A DNA stretch of 64,000 bases from a virus. The notes under the pieces are model-generated. The model worked only from the letters and a program-made list of their open reading frames with translations. It made no database searches and was not told the DNA's origin. Both the position numbers and the translations under genes were made by a program. How positions within the stretch are numbered: position 1 is the first letter of the stretch; every line of letters begins with the position of its first letter. Where the stretch lies: positions 380 to 64,379 of the IMG/VR virus record IMGVR_UViG_3300045988_141926; one strand, 5' to 3'. This document shows positions 14,401-26,830 of this stretch, piece after piece.

Positions 14401-16767
14401 CTAACTTACTTCTTTTGGCTTTCCTCCATCTAATGCACTTTCAATAGCTTCTAAAGCATTTTGAAAATCTTTTGAAGATTTTGTGACTTCATCTACTGGA
14501 CCAATAAGCATATCAATAGAAGTTCGAACCGTTTCAAAATCAATTTCACCATTTAATTTAGTATACTAAGTCCCTAATTTTTTAAGTCCTTCAATTGTTA
14601 AAGAGTATAAATCATTTCCTGATAATAAAGTTTCATTTGTTTCATGCCCAATTTCAATAAAAGTTTTATAAGCATTTGTTAATTTTTCAACTGTTTGTGC
14701 TAATTGAGACGCTGCCTATTCCTGAATATCTAATTTATCATTCTAGAAAAAAGCTAAATCATTTCTAGCAGCGACTAAATCTGCCTAATTACTTTCAGAT
14801 GGATTATTACGATATGACTACTAAGCTTTATCTTTATTAGCTTTTAATTTTTGTAAATAACTAGTACCATAATCATAGATTTGATTAGGAGCATTTAAAT
14901 CAATAGGATTAGTATCTTTATTTAATTGTTCTCGTAATTTAATTAATTTTACTGTTTCCTACTATTGTTTTTCAATAAATTGAATTTCATTTTCATAATA
15001 TCTTTTTTCACTAACAGATAAATTTTCAGACACTGTTGCTAATTTATTTTTTACTCCTAATAATTCCTAAGAATTTTTTAATTCCTGCTCTTGAGCTGGA
15101 GTAAAATTAGTTCTTGCTTCTAACTATAATTTGATATTATCAGAAGTTTCTTTAGATATTTTAGCATAAACTTTATCTGCTCCACCTACTAAAATTTGAA
15201 TATTATTTATTGCATTATCTAAAGCCGGCTAAATTTTAGAGCTTAATGTCTAACCAATTAATGATAAAAATCCTAATAATAAAGGTTTAATTCCACCAAT
15301 TTTATCAATAAAAGAATCAACGCCATCAACCATATCAGATAAAAAATCTGTAAATTTAATAAAAAATTTATCATCAATTAAATCGGTGTATAAAGCTTGG
15401 AATGAAGCTTGTAAACGCTTATTAGCGGCTTCCCAAGATTCTTCATAAATTTTCTATTGTTCAGTTAATGTTCCAGTAGCATTACGAGCAGTTTCGAGAT
15501 TTTCTTTCATAAAATCCCATTTATCCATTAATGCCATTAATTGTGTATATTGACGAACACCAGCAACAGTTTGAGCTAATGCCACTTTAGCATCTTTAGA
15601 AATTAATGGATTCCCTTCAGCGTCAAATGAATTCCATTTTTCACCTAAATCATCAAGAATATCATCCATCTCTCGCAACCCACCGTCTGCTGTTTTAATA
15701 GAAACACCAACAGTTTCAAGAGCTTGAGAATATTTGCCTAATGTAGTACCATCATCAAGAGTTTTACCTAACTCTAAATCTTGAATACGAGCAAATAATG
15801 TTTTGAATGCAGTACCAACCACATCAGCAGATTGACGAGTCGTAGCAGTTACAGTCGCCAAAGCTGAAGTAGCATATTCATAACTTAAACCTACTGTGTT
15901 AGACACAGCTGCAAATTTTTCTAATCCTGCTGCTATTTCATCTGTGCTTGATGCAGTAGCTGCACCTAATGCAGTCATAACATCAGCATAATATTCCAAT
16001 GACTATGATCCATCATAGAAGTTATTCCAGACAGCAGTTAATTGATCTGATATTTTATCTGCACTTTCGCCAGCAGCATTAGCCATTTTAATTGTGACCG
16101 CAGTTCTATCTTCTACTTCTTTGTCTGACAAGCCCTGTTGATAGTAAATCAAAGAAGCATCAGTATAATTTAATGTAGAAGTGCTTAATGCCTTTGCTGC
16201 TTTATTTGCTTTATCAGCAAATTTATCCATATAGTCAATATTATGACCAGTAACAATTCGAATATCATTTAATGAACTATTTAAATTCTAAGCATAATGA
16301 TAAGCTCCTTGTAAAGCTCCCATTACACCATGAATCATACTTGAAGAAATTTGCCATTTAACTGTATTTTTAACAGTAGTTAAAAAATCCTATAAACGAG
16401 CATTTAATGTAATCATTGGCTAATCAGCAGCTGCTATTGATTGAGCTAATTTTATAAATGCTTGTTGTCCAGTTGTTCCCGCTTGGAGTAAGCTGGTAGA
16501 TAATTCAGTCACATTAGTTTTTGATTTAGCTAAACTAGCATTTAATTTACTTAAATCATAATTACCAGTTTTCTAATTATATGCTTCATTTAAATGAATA
16601 GCTAGTTCTTTAGCCGCCGCAGAAGCTTCTTTCATTTGACTGGGATCAATACCTAAATCAGTACTATATGCTACTTTAGTTAATAACTGCTGTAATTCCT
16701 AAATCTGCTATTTTGCTTGTGTGGTATTCGCAGTAAAATCTAATGCGACATTTAGTTGTTTTGCCAT
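8494..16767 (-). CDS. Tail tape measure protein (~2757 aa) with many in-frame TAG codons
   Basis: A continuous frame runs from the ATG at ~16767 (SD AAAGGAG) to the TAA at 8494-8496. The regions 8400-8960, 11520-13560 and 14160-15450 were checked codon by codon. It has coiled-coil, low-complexity sequence and a central hydrophobic segment (13564-13761) typical of tape measure proteins, and the expected position. Confidence 0.7.
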
Positions 16768-16807
16768 AAACGGGACTCCTTTCTCTCATAATATAAACAA
16801 AAAAAAA

Positions 16808-16838
16808 TGGGTGTGAGAAATAATCTTCTCACACCCAT
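16808..16838 (-). terminator. Hairpin between the chaperone and tape measure genes (possible attenuator)
   Basis: gggtgtgagaa-ataatc-ttctcacaccc with an A/T run. Confidence 0.45.
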
Positions 16839-16883
16839 ACACTTGATTATTCCTATTTAATTTTAAAAAATTAAATAGTTTAA

Positions 16884-17408
16884 TTATCCCAACTTGGTCA
16901 AAACATCTTTTAACAATCCTAATGTTTCAGGATTCTGAATATCATTAGTTAATTGCTCCATATCAAATGTTGTATCTTTATAATCAGTAGAAATAATATC
17001 TAAAATACCTGCCGCAGAATTTTTATACTCATAAATTGAATGAATAGTTTCCGCGACCCAACTTTTAATTTGTGCATATTCTCCTGGATTAATTTCTCCA
17101 AACACCTTAGCAGAAAAACCAGAGCCTACTACTAAATCATATAATTTCTTTGGATCTTCTTTTTGCTTGTCAGTGAAACTTACATTTGTATATGCCATAA
17201 TCATTTTTAAAATAGTATGAAGATATACACGAGCAGGGTTATAATAACCATTCTTATCAATAGAATCATTAATAATCTCTGAAATAAGATTTAACTTATC
17301 TCCAATAGGAAGGTAATCCTTAACTTCAATAATCTAATCTCCCCATTCAAATGTTGATACTTCTGTATTTTTATTTAAATTTAACTTTGAAAATGATACT
17401 TTTGCCAT
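16884..17408 (-). CDS. Tail assembly chaperone (by position), ~174 aa, one in-frame TAG
   Basis: ATG at ~17408 with SD AAAAGGAGG. Stop TAA at 16884. Lies immediately upstream of the tape measure gene. Confidence 0.5.
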
Positions 17409-17452
17409 TTCAAAAATCCTCCTTTTACACTTATTTATATTATACTAAAAAA

Positions 17453-18544
17453 TTAGTTTATTGTCAACCCAGATAATTTCAAATTTTTTCTTACATTATC
17501 TAAAATTTCTTTTTCCAAATCTTCATCAATTTTTTTGCTATCAATAGATGTCGCCATTGTAATTTTTAAATTTTCATATAAAAATGTCGCTATGTCCTAA
17601 CCCGTTTTATTTAAATAAGAATTTAAAGTATTAATAAAAGTTAAAAACTAAATACTAGCAATATCCCAACTACGTCCTTTTGTTCCTGATTTTACCTAAA
17701 TATTAAATAATATTTTACGAGTCCGATTATCCGCCGCAATAGCATCGCCTCCACGATACCAAGCCGTCGAATTTAAAGAATCCATAACTAATTGGATAAA
17801 ATTCCAACGCCCCTCTTCATTATAAACCGATTTCTCGAATGGAGAAACTATTATAGGATTTTCTAAATTATTTAAAGCTCTTAAATATTCTACATGTTTT
17901 CTACTAATATGATTAATAAAAGCATCATACATCTATCCTTGCGCAGCTACTTTATTCCCACTATAAAATATATCAAATAAACTCTTATTAGTCATATGTG
18001 TATCTTGAACTCGTTTATACCATTCTGTATTTTTATAATATTTACCTAAAGCTAAATGTATATTATGCCCTTCTACCTTAGTTAATTTCACTTTATTAAT
18101 TGAATTTTTCATATCCTCAAAATGTTTTTCTAATGCCATTTCAATATCACTCTAATATATTGTATTTAAAGTTGTTCGGTATTCTTTCATTAATGTCTTA
18201 TTAACTTGTATTTTCTAAGAAGTATAGCTATTTATTAAATCAGATTCTTTGTTAACAAAAGTATAATGATATTCTTTATCCCATTTTAAAATACCCAATA
18301 AAGAAACTGGAGTATTTCCAAATACTTCAGTATTAATCTATTCCCAAGAATTATATAATGCTTTTGGATTTTTTGCTGCCAATATATTACCATTTACTTC
18401 AGTTAGATAATTTTTAATTATAATCTATATTTTTTCAATAAAAATATTTTTTAATTCACTATTCCAAAATTCTTGAAAGATTTTTTTAAATTCTGCTTCA
18501 TATAAAAAATATCCTCCAAAAACTATGCCTTCTTGATTAACCAT
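17453..18544 (-). CDS. Structural (tail) protein, ~363 aa, about 6 in-frame TAG
   Basis: ATG at 18544 with SD GGAG. The frame is continuous through the fragment ORFs 17933-18139 and 17696-17932 down to the TAA at 17453. Confidence 0.5.
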
Positions 18545-18554
18545 TCTTTTTCTC

Positions 18555-18600
18555 CTAAAATAAAAAAATGGGAAGAGGAATAAATCCTCTCCCCATAAAA
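18555..18600 (-). terminator. Hairpin after the major-tail candidate gene
   Basis: gggaagaggaataaatcctctcccc flanked by A/T runs. Confidence 0.4.
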
Positions 18601-18613
18601 TTTTTTAATTAAA

Positions 18614-19690
18614 TTACCAATTATAACTATCGTGAGATTTCTGGTGAACTGTACTATGACGATGTAAGTCATCATTATCCAGATATTCAATTACTTGAAT
18701 TGCAGCCAAAACTTTCTTACTATGATTGAAACGAGTGTAATCAGGGAATGCGTCTAAGGTGAAAGTAAATGTACTTGGGTCACCAGAAGAAGCCATAGTA
18801 AAGGTGAAGTTAGACTGAATCTTGCAGTTAGGAATAATGAATTCAGCAGGCATATCTACACCGTTAGTATCACGGAATAGAGTAGAAGCCTCAAGATAAT
18901 AGTTGCCACCAAACTTATCAGCAGTAATTTCCATCTGAGTAGCACCAGACTTGCGCTCAGTATAATAATCAACTAGCACAGAATCAAACTTTAGACGATT
19001 TGGTAGAGTGACTACATCGTAAGCCGGGTCGCCACTTTCACTCTCATATTTATGTCCTTTATTCTGCTCATCTTCATAAGAAGCTAAACCAACATACATT
19101 TTATGATCCATAACAGCTACACGATAGTAGGTTTTACCATCTAGGTCAGTTACAGTCTCAGGCATAGCTTCACTATCAATAGCAGTATCATCACCCTCAT
19201 GAACAGGAATATAAGGCTCAGTAGTAATTTCACCATTCTTCATAAACATTACATAAGCAAAGTTATCACCAGCATTACCAGGTAGATAAGGCTTATTCTC
19301 AGTATAAACGGCAAACTTAAATCCAGTAGCATCAAACTTGAAACGTAATGAATCACTAGCATCAACAGTCTCAGTAATATGCTGATAGATTGGCTTATCG
19401 GCATTAGCAGCAATTAGGCCAGCACCAGAAAGAATCATAAATCCTTCAGGAGAAATTAGAGCATCCTCCATAGTGAAGGTCAGAGTTCTTTCACCTTCCC
19501 ATGCTACCAAACGAGAGTTACCACGACCACCTTGTGCATATACAGTGGTAGCAGCACCTTCTAAACTAGAAGTTTTCAGGGTGTCAAAATAAATAACAGG
19601 TTCACCAGCATAGAACACCTTATTACCGATTTTCTGTGCTGACTTAGCCTTTAATACAACATCACAAATTTCGCGGACACCGAATTTCAT
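18614..19690 (-). CDS. Major tail (tube) protein candidate, 358 aa, no TAG, elevated GC
   Basis: Intact ORF with SD GGAGG. Its GC content and codon usage differ from its neighbours, like a highly expressed structural gene, and it is followed by a terminator. Confidence 0.45.
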   Translation of the reverse strand: MKFGVREICDVVLKAKSAQKIGNKVFYAGEPVIYFDTLKTSSLEGAATTVYAQGGRGNSRLVAWEGERTLTFTMEDALISPEGFMILSGAGLIAANADKPIYQHITETVDASDSLRFKFDATGFKFAVYTENKPYLPGNAGDNFAYVMFMKNGEITTEPYIPVHEGDDTAIDSEAMPETVTDLDGKTYYRVAVMDHKMYVGLASYEDEQNKGHKYESESGDPAYDVVTLPNRLKFDSVLVDYYTERKSGATQMEITADKFGGNYYLEASTLFRDTNGVDMPAEFIIPNCKIQSNFTFTMASSGDPSTFTFTLDAFPDYTRFNHSKKVLAAIQVIEYLDNDDLHRHSTVHQKSHDSYNW

Positions 19691-19717
19691 AGTGTTATTT
19701 CCTCCTTGTATTTTTAA

Positions 19718-20446
19718 TTAATGAATGTTTTTCATCCAATTATCCGGGGTCCCTTCAGGTTTACCGCCAGCTAAACGCTAGCGTACATCCAGGTCCCAAG
19801 CAGTATATAGCGTATATCTCTCCATTAAATCATATAATTGGAACATTGTCAGATTTGTCAAATCCTATAATGACATTGAACACAATCCAATAGTCAAGAT
19901 TGACATATACTAACTAAAAACACTTACATTCGAATTACCGTTTTGGGCGGCAACTCGCTGTCTCCCTCGCATTAGCTTTTGAGCAATCTCACGAGCCTTA
20001 TCGTTGGCAGGATTGAAAGCCTACTAATCCATCGGGCCATTGTGCATACAAAAGATTAAACGCAACACTTCTTGTAATGCTTCAAAATTATTTCCATCTA
20101 CTGTAATTGGAGGAACACCTTCCTTCATAAATAACAATGAATTCGGCGTCACATTTATTTTGTATGATGGGAATAATAAATTTAAAACATTTAAAATGTT
20201 AGCTTTTTTATCCTTTGTTTCATCCTATAACATTATCGTCATAAATATCTAAAAATTATTGATACTGTCTAGAATAGTTTTGTCCTCTATAAACATTGTT
20301 TTATGCAAACAGAGGGTCTATGCTCCAATAAAAAAATCAGATTCCCCAATAAATGAAATTTCTTTTATCCTTGGTTGATGAGCGACTAAATTACATTCAG
20401 GAATCAACATATCAGTTCCGCAAATTAAATTTAAGCGGTAATCCAT
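19718..20446 (-). CDS. Head-tail joining / tail completion protein (by position), ~242 aa, several in-frame TAG
   Basis: Hand translation. The ATG overlaps the upstream TAA as TAATG. The TAA stop lies just upstream of the major-tail gene's SD. Confidence 0.45.
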
Positions 20447-21048
20447 TATTTACTAATGTAATCCTTGAATTCTTTAATAAATTGTTCCTCTTTAATTTTG
20501 CCGCTATTTTTATCAGGATAAGTTGGCATATATTTTTCATCTTCGCCACCATGAACAGTGCGATACATCAAACATAACCCAGCAAATTCATCGGTTAAAA
20601 CAATCTAAGTCGCACCCACAAATTCTAAATAACCAATACCAGTCAATTTTTTCAAATTGAACATTGAATCAATCTCTCCAGCAATTTTATATGGGCGCAA
20701 TGCATAATCTCTTAAATTCCATTGATCAAAATGACATACAATATCAAATTGAATAGTGTTATCTCTAAACTCTGGATTTTCACTGGGAATAAAATTATCA
20801 AAATTAATTAATACATAATTTAAAACAGAACCATCAACATATAATTTAGGAACTATTTTAATATTAGTCCCTAGTAAACTTAAAGACTAATCTTCAGTAA
20901 GATTAGGTTTTTCCATAGCATCACTAGTGGTATAATATAATAATTTTTTTAAACGATTATTTTTTAATATTTCATTAACAATAATCCCAGTGTCTTTTTC
21001 CATAGATAGAAAACTTGATTTTGGAATATGATATCCGTCTATTCTCAT
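20446..21048 (-). CDS. Head-tail connector-region protein, ~200 aa, 2 in-frame TAG
   Basis: ATG at ~21048 with SD AAGGAG. Translated by hand. Confidence 0.45.
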
Positions 21049-21070
21049 GTTTTCAATCTCCTTTTACTCA

Positions 21071-22225
21071 TTAAAACAATGATTCTACTACTATAGTTTT
21101 TCGACTAGTTCCATAAACTAAATCAAACTAACCACTATAAGTAGAATCCCATTTAAGTTTAATTGTTGCAAATCCTTTATCATTAGTTCCTTCGCTAATA
21201 ATTTGAACAGGAACATCATTACCTTCAATTTTCCAAGTCCCTCGAATATTTTTAATATTTAAATTAAAATCATATTCTTTTTTAGGTTTAATAAAGGTTT
21301 CACCAACAATATTTAAAATTTTATTATTATCTTTGTTATCATCTATAATTTTACGTTTTAATATTGGATCGGGTATTTTAAATACATCAGCTAATCCTGC
21401 GTCTCGATCATCAGTAAATTCATTAGCATAATATTCAACAGCGTTTACTTCAATAACGCCAGTCATGCTAATATTATTTACAGCTTCAACTCTCCAGCAG
21501 GTATCATAAACTGACCCATCTTCCGGCCAAATATAAAACTTCTAATAACGCTTAAAAAATTTCAAAGTTTTTTCATTTTTAGGAATTAATAAATTTAAAG
21601 AATAATTTGGATTATCTACACTAGTAGTATGTTTTTGAATATAATCAATTTTAGTTTCTACTGGGCCTCGATTAGCCACATAAACTACATTTAATTCATC
21701 ATCCATCATAAATGGAATCTAATAAGTACATCTACGAACATCTCCGCGGAAATAAGCTAATTCATCTAAATCTTGTAAATAAATTAACCAATATGTTCCA
21801 GTATTACACCATTCAAATACATCTCCGCAATTAAATTTATGTTCAAATCCAATCGAAATAACTTTATCATCATAATCCTATTTTAATTTATTAGGATTTA
21901 TTAATGCTCTAACTGGAGGTAAAATATTTTTTTCCTATTTAGTTTCTACCTCTGTAGCTGCACATTTACGTACCCAAGCCGCCTAATAAGAATACTTAGT
22001 GGCTTGATCTAACGAATGTCGTTTATCTTTGATCATTCGCTACTGTTGGGCAAAACCACCCGCACTCATTAATCGTTTAGCCATATTTAAACTACCATCA
22101 ACTGAATCTGGCTAAGGAATTTTTATACTTGTATCACCTAAACGAGCCCCTACAAGATTTACACTTTTATTAGTATTTAAACCATAAGGTAATAATTTTT
22201 CCATTCTTTCTGGACGTTTTGGCAT
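21071..22225 (-). CDS. Structural protein, ~384 aa, about 7 in-frame TAG
   Basis: ATG at ~22225 with SD AGGAG. Includes the fragment ORF 21128-21466. Stop TAA at 21071. Confidence 0.5.
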
Positions 22226-22524
22226 TACTTTTTAATCTCCTATAATAAACTAATACATTCAAATACAGTTTTTCTATAAATTGAGAATTCAATATCATTT
22301 AAAACATTTAATCCTTCTAATTTACTAAGCAACTATAAAAATCGCGGGTCCTAAATAAAAATTTCATTTAAGCCCGCAATTTCAATAATAACTGTATTTA
22401 ATTGTTTATCCCAATCTTCTTCATTTTCTCTCATAGGGATTAATTTCCACAGTTGATTAGTTAATCTTACTATATTTTTTTCCATGACTTCATCGGAAAT
22501 ATCTGTATGATATTTAGTTATCAT
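22225..22524 (-). CDS. Small connector-region protein, ~99 aa
   Basis: Hand translation. TAATG overlap with the downstream gene. Confidence 0.35.
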
Positions 22525-23101
22525 AAGGATAATTTTTATAATGAAATACGCCCCAATTGGATTCGTATTTCCCTTCTACTAATTTACGACGTTTATATAA
22601 ACGTTGCATATGAAATGATTGTCTCTAACATTCACTCAGTAAAGACATCAATTTTTGTAAATGATTAGCCTATGAAGTCATTTTAAAATCTGAACCACTA
22701 TACTTCATACGAGTGTGTTCAATAGAAGTAACTTGGCGCTATACCCAATTTACCATCATCAATATAGCTAAAATATTAATTTCCTCCGGTGTTAATTCAG
22801 CTCCAAAAAATGAATGTTCTATCATTACACGAGGAGGGCGGATTTCTGATTCTTCATCTTTTTCATCTTCCCACAAAAGACCAATTACAAAATCATCTTC
22901 TAATATTTCATTTTCATATTTAATTTCCTAATCAATAGTATAGTCATAAATATCAAATCTAGGAAATTCAAATTCAGGTAAAATATTTAGAAGTATTGCA
23001 CGTAAATCTTTAATTGTATCTTCTGGAGTTAATTCAATATAAAGGTCATCAGTAATTTTCCCAAGGAAGCGATTATAAATATCAGTGAATTTAGTTCCCA
23101 T
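22514..23101 (-). CDS. Connector-region protein, ~195 aa, in-frame TAGs
   Basis: ATG at ~23101 with SD AGGAGG. Stop TAA at ~22514. Confidence 0.4.
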
Positions 23102-23122
23102 GACACGCCTCCTATTTATTTA

Positions 23123-23710
23123 TTATTCAGCAGATTTAGTTTCAGTTTGCTTTACTACTTTATAAGCATTTCCAGAAGTACGACGTCCTGCTGGAGCAGA
23201 TTCTGTAACACGTCTTTCAGCTGGCTTATCTGCAATAGTTTCCTTTTTATCATCTTCTTTACTAGCGCGATCATTTTCGATAGCCTTATCTACATCAAAA
23301 CCAGTCTTAGCCTTTAAAGCTTCACGTTTAGCCATATCAGTGATAGGCAATTGAACAGACATAGTTTTAATTAAATCAATAACTCCAATAGGAGCAAAAT
23401 CAAGAGCATCTAAAAATGCGTCAATAGAACCGTTAAGAATTAAATCACGGACTTGCTCTTCTGACATATTATATTCAGGCTCACGATGAACATTTAAATC
23501 GTCAGTAACTTCATTTTCCATAATCTGTAAGAAATTAGCAATTAATTCACGTCCACCAGGTTGATAAGTCAATTTTTCTAGTTCCCCAAATGGAATGCGC
23601 TTTACCTCACCGGGCGCCCACTCGCGTCTCAAATTACTCTCAGGAATTCTATATACAACAACACTAGTACTTCTATTTTTTACATTAAACATATCTTCAG
23701 AACGAATCAT
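23123..23710 (-). CDS. Head-associated protein, 195 aa, no TAG, elevated GC
   Basis: Intact ORF with SD AAGGAG and stop TAA. Lies just downstream of the capsid gene. Confidence 0.5.
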   Translation of the reverse strand: MIRSEDMFNVKNRSTSVVVYRIPESNLRREWAPGEVKRIPFGELEKLTYQPGGRELIANFLQIMENEVTDDLNVHREPEYNMSEEQVRDLILNGSIDAFLDALDFAPIGVIDLIKTMSVQLPITDMAKREALKAKTGFDVDKAIENDRASKEDDKKETIADKPAERRVTESAPAGRRTSGNAYKVVKQTETKSAE

Positions 23711-23736
23711 TTTATTATCTCCTTTTTCTCTAAAAA

Positions 23737-23783
23737 AAATAAGGGGAGAGGGAGTAAATCCCTTCTCCCCTTAAATGAAATCT
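23737..23783 (-). terminator. Strong hairpin immediately after the major capsid gene
   Basis: aggggagaggga-gtaaa-tcccttctcccct. Confidence 0.5.
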
Positions 23784-23798
23784 ATATTAAGGTTTAAA

Positions 23799-24905
23799 TC
23801 AAATTTGTCCACTTAGACGTCCATCATAGGTAGCAACCTTACCAGTTACACCATCATAGTTCCAAGTATACATCTGACCCATTAATGAAGTATCAACATA
23901 AGAGCAAATGTTGTTAGCCAACATACAACCAACGCCGACCTTCTTATAAACCTGAATCTCACGAGAACGATCATAATTGCTGAATTCATCAACAATAGTG
24001 CCACCCTCGAAAGCAATCTTTACAGGCTTGCCATCAACACCAGTAGGAATAATCCAAGCATAACCAGGATCAATAACCTTACGGGTATTACTTTCATCCT
24101 CGAAGCCCTGCTCTAGAATAACAACCTTGGTTCCCTTATAAGAAGCCAAACGACCAGTATTCCACAGCTCAGTCTTCATAGCTTCAGTATAACGCCAAGC
24201 TTCATTAGGAATCATACGAACAGCAAATTCATAAGTACAATAAATAGTAGGAGTACCATAAGCAGAAGCGATGGTAATCAAACGATCCATAGCACCCTCA
24301 TCGAAACCTGCTGCAGCAACACGGTTAGCAGGAGGTAGCTGATTGATAGAAGACTTCAAAGCTAAAGCAACTTCCTTGTAAATCAGTTCATCCATACCAT
24401 CCATAATAATCTTGGTAACTTCAGCGAAGTCAACACGACCATCTAAGAACTCTTCGAAGCCAATTTGAGCAGCTCCACCGATAGCAGAGGTACGAACCTC
24501 AAAGCTCTCGTTCTCAGCAGGTCCCAGCTTGAAGACTTCATAAATACCAGCCAGTCCAACACGAGTTACGAACTGCTTAGCACGTGCGCGTGTATTTAGA
24601 GGACGACGGAAAATGGGCTTATCACCCTGAGCAAACTGCTTAACTTCAGCAAACTGCTCATAAGACTGAGAAACCTTCTTAGGAAGAACTTCATCCAAAG
24701 TTTCCTCAATCATTGAGAAAATCAGATTTTTATTTTCACGATATAGAGCATTGGTACCAGCCAGCTCATTCATCTCATTACGTAGAGTATCATTCAGAGC
24801 CTCATAAGAAAGGTTCTGACCATTATAACTGTAAGCCACAGGAGAAGAAGGATCAGCCTTAGCAACAGTCTTCATTAAAGCAACTAAATTGTTTCTATCT
24901 AACAT
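23799..24905 (-). CDS. Major capsid protein (HK97-fold type), 368 aa
   Basis: Intact ORF with elevated GC and no TAG. The sequence resembles phage major capsid proteins. It lies downstream of the scaffold gene. Confidence 0.7.
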   Translation of the reverse strand: MLDRNNLVALMKTVAKADPSSPVAYSYNGQNLSYEALNDTLRNEMNELAGTNALYRENKNLIFSMIEETLDEVLPKKVSQSYEQFAEVKQFAQGDKPIFRRPLNTRARAKQFVTRVGLAGIYEVFKLGPAENESFEVRTSAIGGAAQIGFEEFLDGRVDFAEVTKIIMDGMDELIYKEVALALKSSINQLPPANRVAAAGFDEGAMDRLITIASAYGTPTIYCTYEFAVRMIPNEAWRYTEAMKTELWNTGRLASYKGTKVVILEQGFEDESNTRKVIDPGYAWIIPTGVDGKPVKIAFEGGTIVDEFSNYDRSREIQVYKKVGVGCMLANNICSYVDTSLMGQMYTWNYDGVTGKVATYDGRLSGQI

Positions 24906-24922
24906 TATTCTTCTCTCCTTTC

Positions 24923-25855
24923 TTACGCAATACGTAGAATCTTAGCGCCACGTTGTCCATCAGGCATAGTATATACCTTAACAACCTGCCACTTCATATC
25001 CTGGCTCTCATCCTTAGCTAAAATACCCTTGGCATCAGGAGCTAGAATGTCACCAACAGAAACACTATCTTCATTAATCATATTAGTAGTGTAATGATCA
25101 CCAACATTAGTCTTAAAGACACGAGGAACCATTGCGGTACCTGGAGTCATGCGCTTCTCATGATATACACCAAGCTTCTTATATGGATCATTAGTCCAAG
25201 TTAGCTCTTCGTAAATATCAGCGACATCAGTTAGAACCTTATCATAAGCATACTTTACAGGTACAGGAGTCTTAGTTTGATTGGTCTTAGGATCAATCTC
25301 ATACTCTACACCATTATAAGTAAACTTATTGTCCTTAACATCATAAACTTCGCCAGCAATAGTAACGGTCTTTAGGCCCTAGTCTAAAGAAACAGTGTGC
25401 TCAAGCACCTTATGGTCAGCACCAGTTTCATCAACACCATTCCAGAAACGTCCACCATACTCAACCTCAGTATGCTCCCAATCATATGGAGAATAAATAC
25501 GAGCCTGATAATCGTCCTTTAGCATAGCAAATTCGCAATCCCACTGCTTAGTTCCATCAGGATGATCACGATATAACTTAATCTCATTGTAAACTAGCAT
25601 CCACTCGCCCTTGCCAGTAAAATTCACTTCACCAATGCCATTATCATTAGCGGCGTAATCGTACTTAACAAACTGACCGTTTTCAAGAATATTAATATCC
25701 TTGTTAGCAGGCAACTGAGCATAAATTTGAGCGGTTCTTTGTGCAGACAGGTGATTTGGCTCAACCTGACCATAACCAAACTCAACATACTTAGCCTGTG
25801 ACTTAGGTGGATTCTTACCAACGCCTAAATGAGAATTTAAAAAATCCTTAAACAT
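24923..25855 (-). CDS. Capsid-associated protein, ~310 aa, one in-frame TAG
   Basis: The fragment ORFs 25379-25855 and 24923-25150 share a frame and are joined by a TAG at 25379. GC is elevated. Confidence 0.5.
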
Positions 25856-25873
25856 TTAAGTATGTCCTCCTTA

Positions 25874-26830
25874 TTAGTTTTTATTGGCTGATTCTAGAAC
25901 AGCCTTGACCCAAGCTGGCATTCCAGCATCACTGTCATTATCTAAATTGCTTAAATTATAGGTAGTTGGGCCTTTATCATTATTATCATCATCAAGATTA
26001 AAATTAACCTTGTTGCGAACGCAAATAACAGAAAGTTTTGCTTCAATATCATCAACAGAATACTTGTCAATATTATCAATAACATCTTTCTTATCATCAT
26101 CAGACAACATATAGAATGATTGAATCATAGCTTCTTTATCCTTACGCTCAATACTATTTTTGAACTCAATCAAAGAAGTATTAGTCTCACTTAGAGTCTT
26201 ATTTTCAGCCTCTAATAAACTAAATTTATTTTGCAACTCTTCATACTGTGCCTTTAAATTAACATATTCTTCAATTTCATCCAAGGAATACTTTTTCTTT
26301 TTCTTGTCATCCTTATCATCTTTTGAAGGATCATCATCTTCATTTTCTGACTTTTGACCATTATTTTTAGAAGAATTATCATCTTTTTTCTTCTCAGGGT
26401 CGTCAGAATTATCGCCCTTATCATCGTTTGCCTTTTTATTTTCTTCTTCTTCTTCTTGCTTTTTCTTAAATTCGGTTTCATAAGCTTCAACCGCTTCTAA
26501 AGCAAATTGAGGTTCTGCTGCTGGATTATAAGATTTAGTCACTTCAATTAAACCTTCACCAGGAACAAGACCATCAGAATCATTTAAAGAAAAGTTTAAA
26601 CGATAATATTTCATATCTCCGCGGTCTTGAAGAATAGCAAATTTTTGACTATTATCTTCAAAAACACCATCAATACGATACTTAGAGCAATAATTGTTAG
26701 AGCCATCAGGGAAAGCTTTATTTACATACTCCCATAAAGCACTCCATAGAGAATCTCCGATTTCCACGGCGTATCTATTAAACACTTTTGCTCCTCCTTC
26801 TTTTAATAATTCTTTTAGTTCATTCATCAT
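25874..26830 (-). CDS. Scaffolding protein from an internal in-frame start (318 aa)
   Basis: Met-Met start at 26830 inside the longer frame. Has an acidic/Lys-rich coiled-coil low-complexity core. Confidence 0.45.
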   Translation of the reverse strand: MMNELKELLKEGGAKVFNRYAVEIGDSLWSALWEYVNKAFPDGSNNYCSKYRIDGVFEDNSQKFAILQDRGDMKYYRLNFSLNDSDGLVPGEGLIEVTKSYNPAAEPQFALEAVEAYETEFKKKQEEEEENKKANDDKGDNSDDPEKKKDDNSSKNNGQKSENEDDDPSKDDKDDKKKKKYSLDEIEEYVNLKAQYEELQNKFSLLEAENKTLSETNTSLIEFKNSIERKDKEAMIQSFYMLSDDDKKDVIDNIDKYSVDDIEAKLSVICVRNKVNFNLDDDNNDKGPTTYNLSNLDNDSDAGMPAWVKAVLESANKN

